Source of the DNA: Eledone cirrhosa
Lineage: Eukaryota
Length of the DNA: 64,000 bases
Direction of reading: 5' to 3'
Assembly: GCA_964016885.1 (NCBI GenBank)
Contig: CAXHJY010001693.1
Location: forward strand, 62,001-126,000
A program made the translations under genes and the position numbers. Within the stretch, counting starts at the first letter, position 1, and every line of letters begins with the position of its first letter. The notes below the pieces were generated by a model. That model searched no databases. It saw only the letters and a program-made list of their open reading frames with translations, and was not told the DNA's origin. This document shows positions 41,101 to 55,615 of this stretch, piece by piece.

Positions 41101-44100
41101 CATTTCAATAGATAATCAGAGAGGAATTTAGTGAAAAATGGCAAGAATAACTATTTTATATGAGAACCTTAGTGAAATATTTAGTAAATCTCTCAAAATT
41201 CTTCACTAACACTTTTGATTCTTATACTATTTTCACCCACATCAAACTAAATCTACCATCATACCAGTTACCTTCAATAAATCTAGCATGTCATCAGCAC
41301 TATAACTTTACAGAGTGTACAGGGTGTAATTTTAGCATGCCACCAGCACTACAAGTTTACAGTGTACAGGGTGCATTTTATCATGACACCAGTACTACCA
41401 CTTCACAGAGTGGACTGGGTGTATTTTAGCATGACACCAGTACTACCACTTCACAGAGTGGACTGGGTGTATTTTAGCATGTCACCAGTACTACAACTTT
41501 ACAGAGTGTACAGGGTGTATTTTAGCATGCCACCAGCACTACAAGTTTACAGAGTGTACAGGGTGCATTTTATCATGACACCAGTACTACCACTTCACAG
41601 AGTGGACTGGGTGTATTTTAGCATGTCACCAGTACTACCACTTCACAGAGTGGACTGGGTGTATTTTAGCACGCCACCAGTACTACCACATTACAGAGTG
41701 GACTGGGTGTATTTTAGCACGTCACCAGTATCAGTGCATTCCTCGACCAGGGTGAGATGCAAGGCCCCTATAATTATACCAGTTTTTAAATTTATTACTA
41801 GAAATAGCTGGCACAAACATGCAACACTGCAATATGGAAGGGGAAAAGCCAACACTAAACAACAACAAAAGGAGAAGAAAGAAGAAAAGAGAGGAGGGGG
41901 GAATATATTTAATCCTTTAGCATTTAAACTGGCCATAGCTGGCCAGAATTCTCTCACCTATTTCTGTTCAAACCGGCTGTAATTGGCCACTCATACTGAT
42001 GTTAAGGTATTGTTGTCAAAATAAATAATACCAAAATCTCATAGATTCGATATTATGTGAGGTAAAGCCTTTACCATGAAAATGGTATATATAGTATATA
42101 CAGAATAATGCAAATGCTAAATGTTAAAGTATTGCTCTCAAAATAAATATCAAAATCTCATAGATTCGATATTATGTGAGATATGTAAAATAAAGCCTTT
42201 ACTGTGAAAATACAAGAGTATATATAGAGTAATGTAAATGTTATGTGAGATATTATGTGGGGTAAAGCCTTTACTGTGAAAATACAGTAGTATATATAGA
42301 GTAATGTAAATGTTATGTGAGGTAAAGCCTTTACTGTGAAAATACAGTAGTATATATAGAGTAATGTAAATGTTATGTGAGGTAAAGCCTTTACTGTGAA
42401 AATACAGTAGTATATATAGAGTAATGTAAATGGTATGTGAGGTAAAGCCTTTACTGTGAAAATACAAGAGTAATGTAAATGCTAAAGGGTTAAAACAATA
42501 TTAGATGAAAGTGAAGAAAAAATATCGTTGACTGACGTGCAATAAACAGCAGTTAACTACACACCAAACATATATATAGCTTGAGTAGTAAAAAAACACA
42601 AAAAACACCCAGTTTAATTAGATGAAGTAGAAGAAGAATCTAGAATTGAACGACAACCAATACGATTGTAAAATACGGACAAGGGGAGATAACAACGTTT
42701 TTAACTGCCACTCAAACAGTGAGATAACAGAAATTTGATCTTAGGTTGGCCATAACTTTAGCTTTAAAACTTACAACTGAATGCTCATATAACACACAGG
42801 TTTATTTCATTTAGAAATGGCTCCTACAAAGTTAGTACCGTTTCATTCAGAGGAAGATAGGCCACCTCCTGACCAACGGAAGGAGGGAGGCCCGGTGCTT
42901 GAACATACCTAAGCACAATGGTAAATCCAACACTGTCGTGAAGACAATGGTCAATGCAAGGCTACCTACAGTAGAAGATAAGCACCACTTGCATGAGAGG
43001 TACCATCACACAGAAGGTCTGAATCCAGAAACCACATTGTGTGAGGTAAACAAACTCCCTAACAACAACCATTTCATCATCATCTCTTCCATTCATCAAC
43101 TGCTAAGCATTTATACAGACAGTGAAAAAAATATTCACCCCCACGAAAAAACAAAACAAAATAAACTGTCCAACCTACCTTGCCAAGTGATTGCAAATGG
43201 TAGAGGTGACGACCTCTTGGAAAATCCACTGAATTGGATGTCTTTATTGCCATCTTTTCTCTCTATAATTTTCTCTTCAACATTAGGAAATACCGCCCTA
43301 AATAAATGAAGTAGAGACAGAAATGTTTTTTAAAATCTTTACATCAGCAGCAACAACAAAATATTAATTTTTCATCGTAAAAATAGAAAAAAAAAAGAAC
43401 TATTTTACAGCTCTTCAACAATTTTGAACTAGGCTCATGAACAGCCTGTTCTACCTTTGCAGATCCTTGGTTGGGATCAGCTGCTTTTAAGAGATCACCA
43501 ATTAATCAGAAAGGCAAATGTAAAGTAAAAAAAAGAAAGAATGAGAGATGAGGTACTTACTTAACACATGTGTGCAGTACGGAGCTGTTCAATGGATTTG
43601 GTAAGGAGAACTTTTTACAAAAAGATAAATAATCTGTGTACAATGAGAGGTGGGACATGTAGCAGCCATCTCTTAACTCTAGATTTGCTCTCAGCCTGAC
43701 AGGAAACAGAACAGTAAAGAAATTAGTGGACATAGAAAAAATATAATGAATGTAGACATTAAAAAAAAAATATATTATATATATATATACACATACACAC
43801 CAAACCTGCCAACCCCAAATGGAGTGTAAGTGCACCCAAACGGGGAGAAATGAGGCAAAATGGGGAGATTTTACATAACGAATGCTATATCTGTTTTCAC
43901 AAGAGAAGACATCTCTCACCCACCCCAAAGTGGATGGAAGATCTCCCCATTGGATGAGGAGAGTTGACAGGTCTGCTATATATACACACACACATTATAT
44001 ATGTGTGTGTAATTATAGAAAATACAATGTCATATGAGAGAGAGAGAGAAACAACTACTCACCAATTACATGTAGTTTCTATCTCAGAGGTAGGAATAGA

Positions 44101-44138
44101 ATTTGGTTGGGGTACTGTCTCTGGAAAATAAATAAATA

Positions 44139-44170
<32 letters not shown>

Positions 44171-47100
44171 TTATGTTCATACACAGAAAAAAAGTGCTAC
44201 CTAAGGTTTCAAGGTCCGAGATGGACCATATCTCCAGATTCTAAGAGGGATCAAAATTGTGATCCAATCTCCAGGTGCTTAGACAAGTTTTACATATATA
44301 TATATAAAAAACTTTGATTCTGCGTCATCTCCTTTGTGAGGTTCAATTGAGCAAGGTCACCCTTTATCACTTAATCCCAAGTTTTCCTAGGTTTTCCTCT
44401 TCCATAGTTTACCTTCGACTTCAGAGTACTCTGCACCTTTTTATGCAGCTGTCATCCTTCATACACATCACATGTCCAAACTACTGCAATCTCCTTTACG
44501 GCACACTGCATCTGACCCCCTCTTATGCCAAGTTTCTTTTTCAGTTCACTGATGCTTTGACATTCATGCACACCACTGTTACCCTTCCATCAGAACATAT
44601 GGGCTTCATTTAGTCACAAGTGCATTACCAGCCGAAATGTATGATAAAGTTATATCTGTATAGAGATTGTGCTAGAGTTAAAGCCATGCCCTTATGTTTG
44701 TGAGTACAACCCTTAATCATTAGGCCATGTGACTTGAGAGAGAGAGAGAGAGAGAGTACTTACTACAATTCATGGTGATGGGTGGTGGAGGTTGTGGAGG
44801 CACTGGAGGTCCAATGGCTGTGAAACCTGTCTGCTGGTGGGGAACAAACTCTACAACTTTGATACCAATCAGAGAATTTGGGCCATAAGACTGGGCCTCT
44901 ACAGTGACCAACTGGACCAAGATATCTGGAGGAGGAGGAGAAAAATTAATAACAATTTAATAACATAACTTTTTCATTATTAAGCTGATATTTGGAGTAT
45001 TACTTAACCAAAATTTCTTATATAAAATTATGATAGAAGGTTTTTAAATATAAGTATCAATATACTTATACTCATTTTTAACCCTTTAACATTTACATTA
45101 CTCTATATATACTATTGTATTTTCACAGTAAAGGCTTTACCTCACATAATATCTCACATAACATTTACATTACTCTATATATACTATTCTATTTTCACAG
45201 TAAAGGCTTTACCTCACATAATATCTCACATAACATTTACATTACTCTATATATACTATTGTATTTTCACAGTAAAGGCTTTACCTCACATAATATCTCA
45301 CATAACATTTACATTACTCTATATATACTATTCTATTTTCACAGTAAAGGCTTTACCTCACATAATATCGAAAATATGAAATGTTGATATTATTTTAAGA
45401 ACAATACCTTAACTAAAGTATGAGCAGCTAGTTACGGCTGGTTTAAATGCTAAAGAAGTAATAATACAACTTTTTCATTATTAAGCTGAATTTCTTAAAC
45501 AAAATTATGATGGAAGGTTTTTAATATAAGTATGTAGATTTTTTAAACAATTTTGTATCATAAAACCAAGGCAATTTTGAGTGTGTTGTTATGAAAGGAT
45601 TAACATGGTTCAATAAATATTAGAAAAAAGAGTAAAAAAAAAGGCCCTACGTACCGACAGCATGTTTGACAGACGAGATAGCACCTGACGTAGCTTCCCC
45701 TAGTTCCGACAACTGATAAAGTGTTTCAAGGGTATAAATAATCAGCTGTATATCATGAATTGTCAACAGTTTACAGATGTCCTCATAGGCCTTACTTTCC
45801 AGATGTTCAGACAACAGGCTTTCATTCTCTTCTACTTGGCACAACTTGCTGAGGATTTCAAGTCCTAATAGATAGATAGTTAAATAAACAGATAGATATA
45901 TAGATAGGTAGGTAGGTAGATAAATAAAGGACAGATAGATATAGAGACAGACTGATAAAATAAGTACCAGACTTGAAAAAAAACAAGTACTAGGACTGAT
46001 ACCATTCGCTAAATGCCATCAAGGCAATGCCCCAGCATGGCCACAATCTAATGGCTGAATAAAAGAAAAGTGAAAATATGTTTCCTTACCTCGAACAACT
46101 TCACATTTATCACTGGAACATAGACACTTTGATATCAACCTAAGGATGAGCTGTGTATCTGGGTGGTCAACACTCTCTAATATCATCTGAAAACAGAAAT
46201 AGCAGGGGTCAAATGTTAATACAAAGAGAAAAGAGGATATTTTCATGACACACAGTCCACCCTGTAAGCTGGCAGTTCTGGTGCTCTGAGTCAATGCAAC
46301 ACAACACACCATACATTCAACACCACACCACACCACAGAACACACACCATACAACAAGGAGGCCAAAATGAGAACAACTTTACCTGGAGGGCAGAATTGC
46401 CGAGAGTATCGAGTCCTATCTGCCGCAGTGATCCATATTTACTGTAGGCACAAAGTAATAGAAACCTGAAATGAGGAAAACAGAGAGGTGGTTATTGATA
46501 AGTATGGAGTTGATTGATTTGTGTAGGGGAGAAATAATTTACTGGAACGGAGAGTGGGGGATGAATTGGTGGACAGAGTAAAGTAAAGATTAAGTATTTC
46601 ATTGTAACAGCAATTTACCTGGTAAATCAGGGTAATTACTCATCAAAGATGATTGTGGTGATGACGATGATGATGATGATGACAATATTTATGAGAGGAA
46701 TTATGATTAAAAAGTCTGAGACAGAAGAGAAGTTGATGAAACAGTTTTTACCTGAAAACACTTCTGTTGTTGGCCAAAATTTGTAGATTTTCTTCATCAA
46801 AAGACAAATTCCTGACAATAATTGCCATCTGGAAGAATGGAATGGGAAAAAAAGTGAAAGGAACTGTGGTGAGAAAGAAGAAAGGTGAGTAAATTACAGG
46901 TAAAGTTTGGGCAGGTGATGGGAGATGATAGGGGCTCTAGTTTTATCATACACTAACATATATGTTGTTGCTGTTACAGCTCACACCTCTGTAGGTCTAG
47001 CTGGCCTCCCACAAGGTTGTATCTCATAGGAGGTTTCTCAGGTGTTTTAATGATAGGAACCCCAGTTCTATGATGTTGTTATTGTTATTGTTCACAGGAG

Positions 47101-50100
47101 GTTTCTTGAGTGTTTTAATAAGGACCTCCCCAACAACATAAAATGAAACATCATGCTCCAGAATACATGTTCCCCACTCCAGGGATTTAATCAATGACCT
47201 TATGATTATGAAGGCAATACCCTCTCAGTACTAGAACATAAAAACCTTACCTGTGTAACTCTCTGACCCTCAACGTCAGTGACCCCGAGACTTCGGCCAA
47301 GATTCAGAACTTCTTCACCAACCCACTCTCCTAGAAAATGAAATAAAATTATATATTACTTTATTTTTATAGAGAGAGAGTCTGTTTCTGACATACACAC
47401 AAGACTCACTCATTGGAATTTAAACATCAACTTGGTAGATATGCATGTGTGCATGTATGGATGTTATTTTATGTGTACATGTAGTTATTAGATGCTGAAT
47501 ATTTGGAATGCTTTACTGTTTCATTAATGGATTGTACTTGGGATTTTCTAACTAGTCATGTTCTTTCTGTTTCTGTGAAGCCCAGCTTCTCAAGATTTGT
47601 ACTGAGGCAGTTACTAACATATGTATGTGTGTTTGTGTATGTTTGTATATATATATATATATATGTATATCTATAGTCTATTGTACAACAGATAATATCA
47701 AGAGATATTTACGTATCAACGATGCATCCCTCGTGTCTGAGATCATTTCACGAACTTCTTTATCATTCACTGTATCATACCAGAACTGAAAAAAATAACA
47801 CAAAATATAAGACCCAGCATCACAAAAAAACATCATCATATGTAATATAGTGCCCCAGCATGGCTACAGTCTAATTACTAAAATCAGTTACAGACTAAGG
47901 GAAACAAAAAAAAAAATTAAATTTCACAGCTCAGATATATGTAGGGTTTAGCTGGTCGCCTACTAGATTGCACTCCATGGGAGGTTTCTCAGGTGTTTTA
48001 ACGACAAGGACCTCAGTCCTATCATGTTACAGCTCACACCTATGTAGGTTTTGGAGTTGCGACCAGTAGATAGTATCAGCAATAGAAAGACCAATGGAAA
48101 TATTATTTCCTTGGTCCGATTTGACGAGGTCCACCCCACTCAGCAAGCGAATGAGTTCTGGGATCTTGTCAATCGATCAGAGCAATATATAGGAAGTAAA
48201 ATGAGAAAATATCTACATTTAGGGGGCTGAGTATATTTACATGAATATACAGGGTGTCCTCCAAAAAATGTATACACATATTTACTAGAATGCTGTTGCA
48301 GTGTGTATACATTTTAGGGACACCCTGTATATAAGTAGCAAAATGAGAAAAACATGAAACCAAGTTACCTTCACAAAGTTTCTTTTAGAAAACGGCCGCC
48401 AACCATTTTCGTAGAGTTCTTCTAGGGAACTGTCCCCTGCAAGAGAAATACGTGGAAGATAGACGTTAAACGATGATGATGATGATGCATAACGAGTGTT
48501 TTAAGGACTAGAATGTTTTTCAACACACTGACGCATATGTGTATATGTGCATATGCATACATTTATATGCATGGGTATATAAATATAAATGCGCAAACAC
48601 AGACACACAAAAATACACTCACAGACATACATTCACACAAACACATTGTGTGACGGACGGAAGTTGGTCAAATTTATATTTATATATATATATTATAGAT
48701 TATGATTAGCAAAGTGAGAGAGAGGAGACAAAGGGAGTATGATGTTACGGGAAAGGATTACACATCTCTCTCAAGCGACCACTCTACTCTAGAGTACCAG
48801 TAATTATAAATGGGCTTACCAAGTGAAAAAATTCCTATATGTGCTAAAAGAAGATCCAGTAGGTGCTTGGATTTATCCAGGCGTAATGAGCGCTTGCCAT
48901 CGTTGGAGAGCAGGGTGCAAACGTTGACCACAAAATCTACCTCATTTGGTAATCCTGACATCAAAGCCATCTCCAATTTGTCATAGTCACTGAAGGTAAC
49001 AAACTGGCAGGACAAACCAGCATTTTGTCGGGCTGACTCTGGAAAATAACAGAAACAACAGCAATATTAATATATGTACAATATCATCATTGCAATTATA
49101 TTAGTAGCCCTCTGCCCCTTGTTCTAGAATACCAAACTGGTGGTTTTTTAAAAATGTTTATATTTATCTAAACATCTCTCATAATTTTATGTAAGAAACT
49201 TTTGTTAAGTTATGTTCCAAACTGCAGATAATGTGAAATTGAATTATATAACTAAATCGTTCCAAATTCTCGACTATTTTCAAAAAGTGGTTAAAGACAT
49301 AGACAGTGTGTTTCATTAGAAATATGGTAATGAAAGGGTTAATGACATAGACAGTGTCTTTCATTAGAAATATGGTAATGAAAGGGTTAATGACATAGAC
49401 AGTGTCTTTCATTAGAAATATGGTAATGAAAGGGTTAATGACATAGACAGTGTCTTTCATTAGAAATATGGTAATGAAAGGGTTAATGACATAGACAGTG
49501 TCTTTCATTAGAAATATGGTAATGAAAGGGTTAATGACATAGACAGTGTCTTTCATTAGAAATATGGTAATGACAGGGTTAATGACATAGACAGCGTCTT
49601 TCATTAGAAATATGGTAATGAAAGGGTTAATGACATAGACAGCGTCTTTCATTAGAAATATGGTAATGAAAGGGTTAAAGACATAGACAGCGTCTTTCAT
49701 TAGAAATATGGTAATGAAAGGGTTAAAGACATAGACAGTGTCTTTCATTAGAAATATGGTAATGAAAGGGTTAAAGACATAGACAGTGTCTTTCATTAGA
49801 AATATGGTAATGAAAGGGTTAAAGACATAGACAGTGTCTTTCATTAGAAATATGGTAATGAAAGGGTTAAAGACATAGACAGTGTATTTCATTAGAAATA
49901 TGGTAATGGAAGGGTTAAAACACAAACAGCAACAAAAAAACAGACCCTAACAGTGAAATAGAAACTCACCTGATACTTTATGCTGATTATATTTATATGT
50001 TAGGGGTACACTGTGTAAAGGGGTGGAAGACTTTTTACGTGAGGGTCCATCTTCGTCATCATCCATGATCTCATGATCAGGATCTTCTCCGAGAAAATTG

Positions 50101-53100
50101 ACTTTCTCATATTCATTTAAAAATCTGAAATACACAAAAACATCAAAGACGTGTTATAGGGGTTAAATCAACTGAAACAATTAACGAAGAATATGGAGGG
50201 ATTTATTAAAATTATTAATTATATTTTATTAAAATGCAACACTTACCTGATGTAAATCTGTTTAATTGCCTGAATCCCATTTGTACATCCTTTGGGGATG
50301 TTGAATTCTTCAAACAACTCATCCCAGTTTTGTTCTTCATTGACCTAGAAGACAGAAACAACACTGTTAATGTTGTTGTAGTGGTTGTTGTGGTGGTGGT
50401 GTTTGTTGTTATTGTGGTGGGTGTTTGTTGTAGTGGTGGCTTTTGTAGTTATTGTTTAATGTACGAGGTACATTCAACAAGTTTTGAGACTTTTTCTTTT
50501 TAAACACTTTTAATCAACCTACATCTTTGATAAGGTTATAATAAGCTGACATGCCAAATATTGCATTGCAAGGCACTGTGTTACTGTAAATTGAGATGTT
50601 GTTGGGGGGAAAATGTGTTAGAAATGATGCTGGTACACGTAGCACTACTGATTCCAAAAAGAAAGAGGCCTGGAAATGTTACTATGAGAGATTGATGAAT
50701 GGGAGGAAGAGAAACTACCAGCTATTGAAGTTGACATTTACAGGGTCAAAGAAGCAATCAAAGAAATGAAGAATGGTAAAGCTGTGGGACCATCAGAGAT
50801 AGTTGCTGTGATGCTAACAGCATTGGGAGATGTAGGAGTTGAACTAGTAACCCACATAATTAATCAGGTAATACAGGAGGGAATCATAACCAATGACTGG
50901 TGCAGCAGTACAATCATAAATTGCTAGAAGGGCAAAGGTGATGCTCTAGAAAGGAGCAACTACAGAAGAATAAAACTAATGGACCAAATTATGAAAATTA
51001 TAGAATGAGATATAGCACAGCTAATTAGGGAAAGAGTCAAAATAGATGAGATACAGTTTGGTTTCATGCCAGGGAAAAGCACCACAGATGCCTTCTTTTT
51101 AGTGAGGCAACTAAAAGAAATGTTCCTAGCTAAGAATAAACCACTATGTTTAACTTTTGTTGATCCAGAAAAGGCTTTTGACAGAGTACCTCAATCCAAC
51201 TGATCCGGCTGGATCCCCAAGTCAGACCAGCCAAGCTCATCATCATCATTTAACGTCCATCTTCCACGCTAGCATGGGTCTGGGCGGGAATTGTCCCACT
51301 TGAGGCAAGATTGATTGTCTTGCTCAGGGCTGTCTGGCGGGTTTTCTATGGCTGGATGCCGTTCCTAACACCAACCACGTTTACAGTGTGGACTGGGAGG
51401 TTTTTACTGTTACCTACATGGCCACATTACAGAGTGGACTGTGTGTTTTTTTGTCGTGACACCTACACAACCTCATTTATTTAGGACTGGATGTTGTGGT
51501 ACCAACAAGCTCATGGATGTTATCCAACCATCTTGCTTGGAGTCTACCCCCTGGGTCTCTCGTCTCTCACCGTGAGGGTAAATCATTGTAGTTTGACCAG
51601 TTAGACATTTAGATAGGCTAAAGTTTGGTGGTGGGGAGTTGTCAATATGACCATCTGTTATACAACAGATTTGTTTTTGGATTCGGATAGGCAGTGTCAG
51701 ATTTAGGACAAATGGGGTTCTATGCTAGTTAAGTTATGAGGCCCCTTGGGCCCTGAAGGAGGTAAAAACATTTGGAGACAGGAAGATGCCCCCTTCCTCC
51801 TACTTGGCCAACGGGGGCCCTGAGCTTAAAGCACACCTAGGCACAATGGTAAACCCAGCACTGCCTGTTGGCGTTTCTGGTTGCTTATTTCTCTCTTGCA
51901 TTTCATGTTTGTAAAAATATATTGCATCAATACACACACACATTATATTGGCAGTATCGGTAGAGGGTTGGAAGCCATGCTTTGCAGCAAAGAGTTACGG
52001 CGCTTTATGGTCTGAGTTCAAATCCCGCCGAGGTTAACTTTGCCTTTCATCCTTACAGGGTCGATAAAATAAAGTACCAGTAATGTACTGGGTTATTGCT
52101 GGCCTTGTGCCAAAAGTAGAAACAATTATATATATATTCATGTATACATGCATACATACATATATATATACATGCATACATACATACACATATATATATA
52201 TGTATATATACATGCATACATACATACACATATATATATGTATATATACATGCATACATACACATATATATATATATATATACATGCATACATACACATA
52301 TATATATATATATATACATGCATACATACACATATATATATACATATATACATGCATACATACATATATATACATATATACATGCATACATACATATATA
52401 TACATATATACATGCATACATACATATATATACATATATACATGCATACATACATATATATACATATATACATGCATACATACATATATATACATATATA
52501 CATGCATACATATATATATATACATGCATACATACATATATATACATGCATACACACACACACTATATATATATACACACGCATACATACACATATATAT
52601 ACATGCATACACACACATATATGTGTGTATATGGATGTGAAGAAAAAAACGGGATGGTCACGGAAGGAACTATTTAGTTCCTATATCTAGTTAAGAGGGA
52701 AAGACTAAACAACATTTAAGTACAAATCTCTTCAAACACGACCATCGACTACAACAGTAGTGAGAGATAGTGTGTGTGTGTGTGTGTGTGTGTGAGAGTG
52801 CATGTGTTTGTGTATGTGTGTGTTAAACATATTTCTATTGCTGCTATGTTGTTCTCTTTATTATAATCACAAGAGCAGCAAAATGAAAATTTTTAAGCAG
52901 AGAAAAATCGCGCTTCCTTCATTGGTGAGGAGTTCTCTGCCTGCTCCCCTTCCTCTCTGTAACAATGGAGTGTGTGTGTATAGCTTTGAATGGAGAGGGT
53001 GTGTGTCTGTGTGTGTATATACAGCCTTGAATAGAATGTGTGTGTGTCTGTATATATCGCTTTGATGAAGAGGGTGTGTGTGTCTGTGTGCGTTTATATA

Positions 53101-54062
53101 TATATATATATATATAATGGTTTCTATATATAATTTTGAATGAAGAGGGTGTGTTTGTATATATCATTTTGTGCATGAGAAGTGTGTGTAATGTGTCGAT
53201 TTGTTTTATATATCAGTTTATGTGTGAAAGATGTGTGTAATTAGATGAACCAAAAAGTGTGTGTGTCCTTTGTATGAGAGTGAATCACGGTGTGTGTGTC
53301 AGAGTTGGTATGTGTGAACTGAGTCAGTGTGTGTGTGTAGGAGAGAGAGGAAGAGAGTGTGTGTGTGTGTGTGTGTGTGGTAGAGAGAGAGAGTGTGTGT
53401 ACCTTTATGGCTATATGAAAGGAAGCAGGCATCTCTAAGTGAGGGAGGAGGAGAATGTGTGATGATTAATGAGAGGTGGTGGAGGAGAAATATGGATGAC
53501 TACATTATATAAAAAGAAAAATATAAATAATAACGACGATCTCTTTCTTTATACACACATTGACTGGGTGTATATCTATATTATATATACACGCACTGGC
53601 AGGGTATATATATATATATATTAATTAAAGGTTAATTAGTCACTAATACTCATATGAAACGCGGTAGGGGGAGGATCTATATATTTTGTTTATACTCCCA
53701 GAAATTAGAGTCTTTTTCTCATTAAATATATACATATAATATATACATATATTATATATATATAACTCTAGAAAGTAAACTATCTCATACATACAGACTG
53801 CTTACACATATACATATAAATACGCATACACACACATATATATATATATACCTTAATTTACAACCTTATAAATATACACACACACACACAGATGTCCCCC
53901 AAAAATGTATACACACTTCAACAGCAAAAAAAAAAAGATGCATTAAAATGAAATGTTTTCTATGCATTATTTGAATTATGTCTGGAGATGATTTTATTGT
54001 ATATTCTGATAAATATTGTCTGTACAGGTAATGGAAGTGTGGATACATTTTTGGGGGACACC

Positions 54063-54099
<37 letters not shown>

Positions 54100-55284
54100 C
54101 ACTCATGAGCTCATAAAGTACCGTAGTAACGAGAACGAGACTTCGCCATTAAAATACCACCTTAGTGCTCTCACTACTACTACAGTGATGACACCACCAC
54201 TACTATTACTACAACAGGACTACTACTACTACCACTACTACTACAGTGATGACACCACCACTACTACAATGCCACCAAGTACCACCACAACCACTACTAC
54301 AATCATAACCCGACCGCCACTACTACAGTTATAATACAGCCACCACATACTACTACTACCACTACCACAGTTATAATACAGCCACCACATACTACTACTA
54401 CTACTACCACTACCACAGTTATAATGCAGCCACCACATACTACTACTACTACTACTACTACCACAGTTATAATGCAGCCACCACCACACACTACAACTAC
54501 TACCAGTTACGAACACAGCCACTACCACCACCGCCACATACTACTACTACCACGACTACCAGTTATAATGCAGCCACCACCACATACTACTACTACCACT
54601 GTTAAGAACACAACCACTACCACCACCACCACTAAAACTACTACAATACGACCATAATTAATTTCACTAATTACTACTACTACTACTACTACCACGTTAT
54701 ATATATATAAACCCCTCCCCGCTCTCCCTGTCTATGGTATTGTCCCCTAAATGTTCGGCCCTTGTGGCCAATAAATGAAACCATAATTATTATAATCAAT
54801 ATATATATATACACATATATATATACACACACATATATATATATATTATATATAAAATACAGCAGATGAAAATATTTCTAAAAACCAACCCAGATATATG
54901 TGCACGCGTGTATATAGAGAAAATAGCATAATATATAGCCGTCGAAACGGCTTGAGCTCTGCCGTCGGGGTCATACTTTTAGCTATTTCTCACTCTACTA
55001 CTCTAAGTATTGAGTACTCTAGTGCGTTATGGTCCATCTGGTTCCTTACCACAATTCCTTTGTTATATATATATATATATATATATATTCCTTCGAATGA
55101 AACAGTTCTAGTCCTGTAGAAGCCATTTCTATATTATATATATGTAAAATTAATATTATTCATACAAATAACGAAACAGATCTAGTCCTGTAGAAGCCAT
55201 TTTTTATATAAAATAAAGGGGCCAACGTACTGAGAGCCTTTTAAAATTGTAGTTCCCTCCCGATACCCGTTGGGAACCCACCCG

Positions 55285-55329
<45 letters not shown>

Positions 55330-55557
55330 AGAGAGTGTAACGCGGAGTTACTGTATATATATATATATACACACGCATAGTGTTTCTGAAGAAGACGACC
55401 AATTGAACAGGGATTTCGAGACTAGTAATAGGTAGTAGCTTAACCACTACCATGCTAGTCGATATATTGATCTGCTACTATCAACCGACCCTCTGAAACT
55501 ATCGTAAAACAATGAACTAATTACCTACGTCCTCTTTATTGTTCTACACACACACAC

Positions 55558-55615
<58 letters not shown>

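Noticed and set aside
49179-49925. 248-aa periodic ORF
   Set aside because: 48-bp tandem repeat inside an intron
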